64,000 bases of DNA from Haliotis rubra. Taxonomy: Eukaryota. A program made the position numbers and the translations under genes. The notes below the pieces were generated by a model that saw nothing but the letters and a program-made list of their open reading frames with translations, was not told where the DNA came from and did no database searches. Below, one piece after another: positions 53,460 to 64,000 of this stretch (the stretch's first letter is position 1; the number at the start of each line of letters is the position of its first letter). The stretch covers positions 186,001-250,000 of the forward strand of contig NW_025767504.1 of the NCBI RefSeq assembly GCF_003918875.1, written 5' to 3'.

Positions 53460-56400
53460 TGTTGTGGCAAGAAACACATTAGTCTGATACACTCTCACCA
53501 AAGTTTATTTCCCTTTTCGTTATGTCTATCGTTGTTGTAGCGTTGCATTAAGTACATACGTTCAATCGTTGTATGTACAAAACAGTTGACTACAAGAGGT
53601 TCAGAGAAACTACAAAGGAGAAACAAAATCACTTGTTTAGTATACAATCCAAACCTGAAGTTCCCTAATAAAGTGTACAAATATTCAAAAATCCATATTT
53701 TCTAAACAAGCAATTAATTGAATCAAATATGTTTTCTCTTAACTCGTTTTGGACATAGAAGCAACATCAATTCAAGAAATAACTCACATCTGTGTTCTGC
53801 CATAACTCAACGTGTGCTGCTGTCAACATGGAGGCCTTCTGTCTGACTGAGCCCATGTGCTTCTAATCATGTGATCAGATTGCCAGGATGTGAATTATGT
53901 TATAAATTTGCAAAAGTTTAGGCAGCAACCTTTGTGTTTCTGAATATTATCATAAGCGGTTCCAGTGAACAATCTTTTACACCACAGGCACTTGGACAGA
54001 TGTGTTGACAATTTTAAAATATCAAAATTAACTTTTACTTTAAATTACTTTAATTAAATATAGAGATTAAATTTAGTGTTCTGCACGTACACACTCGGCC
54101 TCTTAAATATACCTGTTTAACAAACTTAAAACGTGCAGAATTAACACAATATACCACTGCAAAAACTTCTAGTATGAGACCAGTGTGTAACAGCTATTGT
54201 TCAGTACATGTGACTCATTCGCTTGAAGAGAGAAGTAGCACAAGTTTGTGTACTGGTCTATGCAGTTCACCTTTTAGTGTTCTCAACACCACACTTCTCA
54301 TGTCATGTCCTCGTTTGTCTGATTGAGTTGCAATCACTCGACCCATAGGCCACTGCTGTCTTGGTGTGTTTTGGTCAGAACAATATCATCTACTTGCATG
54401 TTGCGTTTCGATTCATTCCATTTTTGCCGCACTTGTAAGTTCAACAGATAATTTCTCTCCGCCACCGAGACCAGAATACACTCGCAAGATACTGGATCCT
54501 GCGCCATCTCCGCCTCATGTAGACATCAGTGCGCTGAAAATGACCTGGGGGTGGAATAGACACATTTGACTTCATCATCAACAGATGATTAGGTGATAAA
54601 GGATTCAGATCATCAGGACTGTCAGATACAGTGGTGAGGGGTCGGGAGTTAATAATAGCTTCAACTTCGCACAGTAGTGTTCGATATGACTCGTCATTCA
54701 AACGTTCGCCAAACTCGTTGAAAAGAGGAGAAAGTACTTGTCGCACGGACCTGATGAGTCGCTCCCACACGCCACCCATGTGACTTGCTGATGGAGGATT
54801 GAATTTCCATTCAATATTACTTTTCAGCAGATGAGACTGAATACGTTCTTGACTCATTTCTGCTACCGCCTGTCTCAGTTCTTTAGCTGCACCGGTGAAG
54901 TTAGTACCATCGTCACACCAAATGACATTGGTAGATCCTCTTCGAGCTATGAACCGACGTAAAACATGAAGGAACGAATCTGTATCAAGAGAATTTGCTG
55001 TCTCAAAATGGACTCATCTGCTCACAAGACATGTAAACAATGCCCCGTAACGTTTGGCATATTTCCGTCCTTCCTTGATAACGTGAGGGCCAAAGAAATC
55101 TACCCGTGTGTAGGTGAATGGTGGAGTAGGTTTGACTCGACTGGACGGCAGATCAGCCATCTTCTGTTCACAAGCTGGTACTCTCAATTTTCAGCAGAAT
55201 TAGCTTTAAAGACCCAGTACTTCTCTATTAGTGCAGATAAGACGTGATTCCGTTCAGCATACCCAAGTCTCAGATGTATGTCAGTGATGATCAGTGATGT
55301 GACAACACTTCTGTACGGTAGTAAAACTGGGTATTTCATCTCCTCTGGAATCTCTGCTCTGCTGAGTCGACCACCAACTCTGAGTAGTCCATTGTCTAAG
55401 AAGGGGTCTAGTCTGTACACTGAGCTACTCTTGGGTACTCGGCCCCGTTTGCTACTTGAGTCCATTTCCTTGTCGAAATGCTGTAACTGAATGAACTTGA
55501 GAATAACATTCTCTGCTCTGTCTAGTTCCTGTACTGTGAAAGGCTGATTGAATCGTCCACATGAAGACTTGTTACTTTGCTGTTGTTTTCGACTTTGAAG
55601 AATGTCAAATAATCTGTGATATATCACTACTGCCCGAATTGAGAACATTTATGTTATTAGATGTGAACTTGGTCAGCTGAAATCCACCTTCTTCACATGC
55701 AGATCTCAAATTGTCAACTAATTTCACTGTAGTGTCTTCAGTGTTGACTGATTTGAGGCAATCATCAACAAAGAAATTGTTCCGAATAGTGTCAGCAACA
55801 GTGATTCCATAAACGTCCTCTGCTCTGTCAGCTGTAGCCTTCAAAACAAAGTTAGATATACTGGTAGAAGACACTGCTCCAAAGATATGAACTGCCATAC
55901 TGTATTCTTGTAGTTTTGCACTTAAATCGCCATTGGGCCACCACAGAAACCTCAGGAGATCATGCTGTTGTGGAGGAACCTTTACTTGATAGAACATGGC
56001 TCGATATCAGCCATGAATGCCACCGGTTCCGCTCTAAATCTGGTCAGCACTCCAATCAGTGAATTTGTGAGATCTGGTCCTTGAAGGAGCATATCATTAA
56101 GCGATTTCCCGTCATACTTGACACTACAGTCAAATGCTACACGTATCTTCGTCGGTTTCTTTGGATGGTAAACACCATGATGGGGTAAATACCACACCTT
56201 CCCTGGCTCTGTTGTCAACTTATTGATGGGGATCTTATAGGCGTAGCCTTTCAAGATAAGGTTGTCCATGAATGTTGTGTAGTCCTGACGGTATTGCTCG
56301 TTCTGAAACATTTTCTTTTTCTGCCACTTTGCTCTTTTTTCAGCTTGTTCTCTGTTATTGGAGAATGTTGCATTGGGATCTCTAAGGGGCAATGGTAGCT

Positions 56401-58296
56401 CATAATGGCCATCAACTTGCTTCATGTTGGTCTTTGCAATCTCCATGAACTTCTCCTCCTCTCTGGATTAGCCTTGTTAACCAGGTACTGTTCCAATGTC
56501 ACGTTCACTAAAATCCATTTCAAACATCTTCAGAATGGCGTCTGGAGTAGGATATTCCTGGACTGCATGGACTTCTTGGAAGTCTTGCACTATTGCAGGT
56601 AAGGGAGTTATCAGATGGGTTGTACTTAATATGGGGTGGTCCACTTACTGTCCATCCATGTTTATAGCGTACAGCAAAGGGACCATTACCTTGTGATGGA
56701 ATGACTTCCTGTGGCTGCAGGGCAAGAGGGCAGTTGCTTCCAATTAGCAACCCAATATCAAGATCAGGCTGGTACTCTGGTAGCTTGTTTGCCATATCAC
56801 TAAGATGAGGGAATGTTAACAAAACATCAGGATTAGGTATCTGACTATGACCAACTGGTATCGTTTCCTTAGTAAATGCAAGAATGAAATTTCTTTTTCT
56901 TCATGTCGCTTATTCTCAACATCTCTTGTCTGCTGTGAAACAATCTCATCATAATATGAAGTGAAACATTTTTCATACTGTTGGCACAAATCAGTAAAGT
57001 CAACATAACTAAATTTCACTAAGTGTAAACTTTCACTAGTACTACTTAACATTAGCCTATAAAGTTCATTTCTCTTCCTTGTGATGGCTCCAAGAACACC
57101 TGTTTGTCTATTCTTTAACATTCGTATTCGCTCAGCTTGTCCCTTTTCAGTTTGTGTCCTAGTACGATCTGACCTTGTATTTCCAGCATCAACACCTGAC
57201 CCCAGTTGCTGTTCACTATCAGGAAACTGCTGGCCTGGTGCTGTATCAGATGTGCTACTCGTCTCTGTTGCTTCACTGTTCCTTTCTGTCAAAGGCTGTG
57301 CCTCTGTTTCTGTACCAGGCTGTTCCTCCGTTTCTGTTACAGGCTGTTCCTCCGTTTCTGTTACAGTCTGTTTCTCCGTTTCTGTTACAGGTTGTTCCTC
57401 CGTTTCTGTATCGGTCTGGTCATCTGATTCTCCAACACTACACTCAGCCAAATATCTGGATAAAGAATCCTGAAAAAACATATTACATTCAGCATATACA
57501 GTGTTCCAAGTGTGCTGTCAGTTTCCAGTTAAACACACACAAACTATCTAGTATTGAGAGCCTCCAACATTCTTCATATGTATGACGATTTTCTCTGAAC
57601 TAATGTTGTGGCAAGGAACACATTAGTCTGATGCACTCTCACCAAAGTTATTTCCGTTTTCGTTATGTCTATCGTTGTTGTAGCGTTGCATTAAGTACAT
57701 ACGTTCAATCGTTGTATACAAAACAGTTGAGGAGAGGTTCAGAGAAACTACAAGTATAAAGGAGAAACAAAACACGTGTTTAGTATACAATCCAAACCTG
57801 AACCTAATAAAGTGTACAAATATTCAAAATCCATATGTTCTAAATAAGCAATTAATTGAATCAAATATGTTTTCTCGGAAAGAGTTCCTTCCGTTCCACC
57901 AACCCTAAACCTAACTCTAAACCTAACCCTAATCCTAAACCTAAACCCTAACTTAATGTTTGGACCTTTAGTCATTTTGTGAGTTCTCTAGTAATTGTTG
58001 TGTTAAGTTTTGTTAATAATTTTAGCATATATATAAATATTATTTGGGATGGGGGAACGGGAGGAACTCTTGCCGTTTTCTCTTAACTCGTTTTGGACAT
58101 AGAAGCAACATCAATTCAAGAAGTAACTCACATCTGTGTTCTGCCATAACCCAACGTGTGCTGCTGTCAACATGGAGGCCTTCTGTCTGACTGAGCCCAT
58201 GTGCTTCTAATCATGTGATCAGATTGCCAGGATGTGAATTATGTTATAAATTTTCAAAGGTTAGGCAGCAACCTTTGTGTTTCTGAATATTATCAT
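53460..58296 (-). mobile_element. Degenerate BEL/Pao LTR retrotransposon
   Basis: Direct repeats from 53460 (to ~54093, next to a purine-rich PPT-like AAGAGGCCGAG on minus) and 57604-58296 (truncated). RT: VWYLPHHGVYHPKKPTKIRVAFDC..SLND.LLQGPDL, DLLRFLWW, FGAVSS, NFFVDDCL. Integrase region: LDPFLDNGLLRVGGRL, WKFNPPSASHMGGVWERLIRSV, EVEAIINSRPL. Protease-like IGLLIGSN and a gag remnant at 56816-57481. Frameshifts and internal deletions. Confidence 0.92.
57876..58075. mobile_element. 200-bp MITE with 22-bp TIRs, 6-bp TSD and internal (CCTAAC/CCTAAA)n, inserted in one LTR
   Basis: TTTTCT|CGGAAAGAGTTCCTTCCGTTCC ... GGAACGGGAGGAACTCTTGCCG|TTTTCT. The other LTR has the empty site ATATGTTTTCTCTTAAC. 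Confidence 0.8.
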
Positions 58297-59482
58297 GTGT
58301 GTCTCTGGCAGGTAGACGGGTGATTATTAGTTTGTATACGGTATAGATTGTGCAGACCAGGTAGACGATGAGTAAAAGAAGAAGATCGGTGGTCAAACTC
58401 GGTACCTGGGGTCTGGCTTTTCAATTGTTTAGAGCAATTGTAGGAAATGGGTTTGGAAACAGAAATACATTGGGCGCTCGTATGAAAAAGGGGCCACGCG
58501 AAAATGGGCAAAATATAGCTCATGGTATCGATGTTCTGCCACAGAACAACGAATGTCTCACTACTCTCAGTAACCTGACGTGTCGACTGGAAGAGAGTCA
58601 GGGACATGTTGTGTTTGGTTGTTGTTTAACGCTGCACTCAGCAATATCCCATCTGTTGGGTGGGGACATGTGACATCTCCAACCATCACGTGAACACACC
58701 TAGGAGCTCACCGGACCAAAGGCCTGGACTCATCTATCAACGGAGTATACCTGTAATTAACTGAAGAATGACACTAATACGTATGTGTGTTCTCTGTATG
58801 TACAAACGGAGGCAAGGCTGTGTGCACTGGAGAACTTCAATCACACAGGCTCTGCCTAGCTAGTGTGAGCAGGTATTGGATGCCATCATCACCGACGTTA
58901 TTCCGAGGTGACTTCCAGCAAAACACCTAGTGTGACTATCGACAAGGTGGTGCTTACAAAACCAGTCTCATACAAACTTTCATACAGAACTTCGTTTTAG
59001 TTGCAATGTACATGTGGCATATATTCATACTTGCTCATCAGGCATAAATCCGTCTATCAATGAATAAAATCATGGTTTAAGCATGTGCAAGAATCGGGTT
59101 GGTGGTGAAATGTTGAATTGGATTCGAAATCTGAACTTGTCTGTGAATATATCTCTTGCTGAAGACACAAAACTCTAAACAAGGTCTAAACACTTATTAC
59201 TATTTTCCTGAGACAACCAAAGCGAGGACTATGTGTCACTACTACTTCAGATCTCACGATGGACATCAGACTTACGTATAGGGCAGGAGCACCACGTGAA
59301 TCCCTCACAAGTTGGAGTCGGTTTGTCGCCCGTGACTCACTCCGTAAATACAGAGACCATATACTACACCATATTATCATATGTTCTCTGGTAAATAGGA
59401 AACATAAAAGTAACGATTTTTACTTTTACTCTGCTTTATTAGGACTGTACATGTGCTTGTGACATCAAGTTAGCGGGACGTC

Positions 59483-62400
59483 TCAGTTGTCAAAGTTGCA
59501 CGTCCAGATGCTGTTATCCCAGACGAGACCTTTGGGACACTTCATGAGGTAAGCAATGTAGTTTCCACACTGGTAGTACCGACCTCTGTTGGTAGGATGG
59601 GGGAAGAACTTCACTCGTCTGTTTGGGCAATAACCTGTAACACAAAACACGTACTTCACACATTGGTCATTACAACAGCAAGAACTTACTGTTCACTGTC
59701 CACTGGTTTCGAAGTCACAGCAAATTGTCAACAGGAACCTCACCTCCACATCCTTGAGTGTTACAGTTGGTAACTCGTTTCTCCACACTCTCTCCTTCAC
59801 AGTCAGCACCGCCATTCTGAGGTTCTGGGTTGTCACATGACCTCTTTCTCGACTGCCTGATCTTGCCCCCTCCACAATATGCTGAGCACTCCTCGCCGTC
59901 ATTGGCGGTCCATCTACCCCAAGGAGACCATCCTCCATCCACTGAGAAGCACAGAAACAGGAGATATGTAACACTACAATCAACCTTTCACTACTGTGAT
60001 TTATGTACAGCATACGAGGGTCGTTTAAAAAGAAGTCAACCTAACTATATTATCGATGTCCAATGTTTGAAAAGCTTCCATTTTATTTTAATGCAATCAT
60101 TAGCAATGCCATATGTGGGTAATGTGGTTAATGAGATATTAGTCATCACAAGACATTGGTGTATATTTCTTTACACAATTGCAGAAAATGAAAAACGATC
60201 TGCAATTTGGTACGTCATGGATAATGGTGTGCCCTAATATAATATCATATAAAATATATTCAGTATAATATTGATGACTACCCGTCATCAGTAACATTCA
60301 AAGATTTGGATTGCTTGATATATATTTAGACAGGGACTGTTTTAAAGGGCACATCCATTTTAATCTTTCAAAAACATTGTGTCCAGATATTCAAGCTGGC
60401 ACTGTTTACAATACATGTATATTGAGAGCTGACTCTTGTGTATTCAGTATTTAGTTTGAACCCTTGGCATCATGTATGAATAAGTGAAAACATTAGAATA
60501 ATTTATGTCCGTATGATTACGTCATCTGAAACGGGTGTGGGTACTGTCTCCAAAACAAGCTTTTTCAGTAAACATGACGGGGGAGTCACTTTCACAAGCA
60601 ATTGTAGTTTCAAATTGCCTTTTTATACACTTTAATATCTAAGCTTGATTCTAGCGGACATCTTCCTATCTCAAACACACAAAATGTTTCGTGCATATTT
60701 TGTTTCCGGACGTTTGTGATATGCATTTATTGCCGATTTCGCGTTTTTGGGGGGGTGGGGTGGGGGTGGGGGGAGTGGGGGTGGTGGTATTACCAAAATA
60801 AAAAGTCAATGAAAATGGGCGAGGCTGGACATAGCAAAACCAATCGGCTTGAGGTTGACAGATAATATGTCGAAAAATATAACAGCTGCATCTGTGTCTT
60901 TGTCTAGGTGAGGCTGACTACTTTTTGAACGCGCCTCGTATATTACCTCGCAACATGTATCACTATTCCAGACAAGCACTATTTAACCTGCAGGTACAAC
61001 GTGTGGCCTCATATGACACAACACTTGTTACACGTGTAGCCTCAGAAATATATCGTGGTGGACATCGTATTGGCTATGAACTGAGTTGTGGTGTCGACAA
61101 CACCATGATGGGAATGTGAACACCCGGTGTTTAACGGTGATCTCACCTGAACAGCTGTTGGTGTTACAGGCCTGTGTGTACTCCTCTTTCCCCCCGTTGA
61201 TGGGCCTACAGATCCGACCGCCTTCGCACTTCCTCGTCCTCACCACAGTCTGCGAGCCTCCCCCACAGCTGACACTGCACTCCCCCACACGCTCGCTCCA
61301 CGTGGACCATTTGCCCCACACTGCGAATATCAGGTCTCCCCGGTAACAACTCATTTGTTATCATACTCAGAGAGTTACTGCTTGCTTGGTTTTTATAGAA
61401 GTTATGAATATATCATGAAAGAAGAGGGATAAGTTATAATGCTTCATTTAATGTGCTCCTGAAATGTTGATAGCAAAGGAATTATCTGGGATCTAAGAAG
61501 TACAGAAGTAATTATATTAACCATAATTAAAATTAAACTTTTGGCACAATACATAGATTTACATATGGTTTATTGTGTGAAACAGTTCTGTGAGTAAAGG
61601 CACTGAAAATTGAACATACCGAACTGTGGGTCAGGCGAGATTCTGAAAATGGCGAAATTGAAAACCAACAATGTTGCAGTATATGAAACAAGGTCATGGA
61701 AGTGATGCAATAGAAGTATTCTTGAAACGTAGTTGACAGATTCCTGTCTTCACACACTAAGGTTGGAGGAAGTAAGATTTGTGGCCGCTCTCCGTAATGA
61801 TAACAATATACGTACTTGATAGATAGAGACGGTAGAATTGTCGTATTTGTTTTGTTCCCAGTTGGACAAGCGGACTCCAGTAACATGAACAACTTATGTG
61901 TAATGGGACATTGACACGTTGTACTCACTGATGAGTGACAGTATTGTATCGGGCTGTAAAGGTACCAGTGACATCTTCATCTTGGAGCTCAGTAGAATGG
62001 CAGTACATTACAACAATGTATAAAGTGACCAACTGATTACTTACACAATTCCCTTCTATTCATGGCATGGACTGCAGGCCTGATCAGATGCACCGTGAGT
62101 GTGAGTGACAGAGCAGGAACCCCAGGGTGTGACCCAAACATACACACGTCAGTGACAGAACAGGAACCCCAGGGTGTGACTCCAACATACACACGTCAGT
62201 GACAGAACAGGAACCCCAGGGTGTGACCCCAACATACACACGTCAGTGACAGAACAGGAACCCCAGGGTGTGACCCCAACATACACACGTCAGTGACAGA
62301 ACAGGAACCCCAGGGTGTGACCCCAACATACACACGTCAGTGACAGAACAGGAACCCCAGGGTGTGACCCCAACATACACACGTCAGTGACAGAACAGGA

Positions 62401-63212
62401 ACCCCAGGGTGTGACCCCAACATACACACGTCAGTGACAGAACAGGAACCACAGGGTGTGACCCCAACATACACACGTCACACACGCCAGTGACAGAACA
62501 GGAACATACACACGTCAGTGACAGAACAGGAACCCCAGGGTGTGACCCCAACATACACACGTCAGTGACAGAACAGGAACCCCAGGGTGTGACCCCAACA
62601 TACACACGTCAGTGACAGAACAGGAACCCCAGGGTGTGACCCCAACATACACACGTCAGTGACAGAACAGGAACCCCAGGGTGTGACCCCAACATACACA
62701 CGTCAGTGACAGAACAGGAACCCCAGGGTGTGACCCCAACATACACACGTCAGTGACAGAACAGGAACCCCAGGGTGTGACCCCAACATACACACGTCAG
62801 TCAGTCATCAGTTACAGGGCTCACCATGATCCCGAACTTTGCAACCACGACATATAGTTACAGCAAGTAACTAGCTACCAATGAATATCAGCCTAGACAT
62901 TGATCTTCAGCAACCCGTGATTATCGTAAGAGGTCACTGCTACTGAGCGCCGTCACATAACTGAATATTGCTGGAGTGCGGCGTTAAACAAACAAGCAAA
63001 CAATGCACTGGAGTTGGACCATATCGCTCTGTGAAGGCTGCTTAAATCTATAGCAACACGTCCTACAACATTACACACTCGGTCTTGGCAAATATTGGTA
63101 AATATGGTGCTGAAGCATTCAGTATAACATGATTGGCGGACGCTACTTACGTTGACCCAGAGACGACGCCAAGGACGGCAACGGCTACCACAGCAACACA
63201 CAGCATCTGCAT
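59483..63212 (-). CDS. Cluster gene 6 (inverted): secreted 2xTSP1 + CBM14 protein (202 aa, intact)
   Basis: Exons 63212-63151, 61642-61620 (ISPDPQF), 61320-61147, 59941-59744, 59634-59483 ([11 protein letters not shown]...[13 protein letters not shown]). TATA at 63266-63259; AATAAA at ~59440-59435 on minus. Confidence 0.86.
62104..62801. repeat. 47-bp minisatellite (~15 units) in gene 6 intron 1
   Basis: Unit GTGACAGAACAGGAACCCCAGGGTGTGACCCCAACATACACACGTCA. Not present in intron 1 of the other paralogs. Confidence 0.95.
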
Positions 63213-64000
63213 TGTGAACAGTTGTGGATAGTTGTGCCAGTCCACTAACCTATGCTGTCTTTTATAGGAAATTCATCCACACTTTAAACTTCATAACGTG
63301 CTTCTGTCGTAGATTGTCACTCAGAAACATGTTTACAGAACGTTTTGAAACGAAAGTAGGCGCATTGGAGATTAATTTTAATTAATTTTGTCGAGACGGT
63401 CGTACTTCGTGACCGACTGCTCAACACGCAGCTTGTCGATCACAGTCCGGGGGTTCTGTGGGAACGATCAGGGGGTGATGTGATATTCGATTAAGTCATG
63501 TCTGATTTATAGTTTTGTACCAGGGAAATGACTGAAGTGAGCATATCGTTTTGTTTGAATTATCACAAAAATGCTCTCCAATAATATTTAATCAGTTAAA
63601 AAGAAACCTATGTGCGAATGTTCAAAGTGTCATCTGGGGCGTATGTTGTTTGGTTTTGAATAAATCAAATTTAACTTGGTCTTGAGTATTAACAAGCACA
63701 GTTTTTGAGAATATTATTGATTACAATAATATTCTGACCTATTGACTAACAAATCATTTGAAAGTCTTAACCACGAGCAGTACTTTTTAGAGGAAAGATT
63801 AGAGGATAAATTACTCATAAACCAGAGAGTGGTTGTGACTAGGCAATGTGTCGACTGTTTGTCCATTCCTTAGAGGTCAGCTATGATCGTCAACACAATG
63901 TGGATGTGGCTGGCCAGTGTTGACAAAGCAGCATCAGGGGACAGCTTGAATTAATTTACCATCAAATCATCAAATAAAAGGGACAGGCTTTACATTTTGA

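Noticed and set aside
53223-53501. Pro/Thr/Tyr-rich extensin-like ORFs
   Set aside because: Translation of a (GTAG)n microsatellite.
57900-57955. Interstitial telomere
   Set aside because: Short, degenerate, and enclosed within a TIR/TSD-bounded MITE.

Overview
Eukaryotic (invertebrate) genomic DNA, probably a gastropod mollusc. The tRNA-derived SINE resembles the family I associate with abalone; this is an inference and was not verified. There are two main contents. (1) Exons 1-3 of a minus-strand DHRS11-like SDR gene. Its 8.2-kb intron 2 is mostly filled by two satellites that both reiterate the gene's own exon-3 acceptor junction (CAG|GTGAATGT). (2) A tandem cluster of six paralogous five-exon genes, five on + at about 8.3-9.2 kb spacing and one inverted. 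They encode small secreted proteins of about 200 aa: signal peptide, variable micro-exon peptide, two thrombospondin type-1 repeats and a C-terminal 4-Cys CBM14-type chitin-binding domain. Four copies are intact, one is truncated and one is frameshifted. The rest is transposon debris (Tc1, mariner, hAT- and Kolobok-like MITEs, MULE, Penelope, LINEs, SINEs, and a BEL/Pao LTR element at the inversion junction) plus mini- and microsatellites. All exon models were built by hand from splice signals and cross-copy comparison, without expression data.
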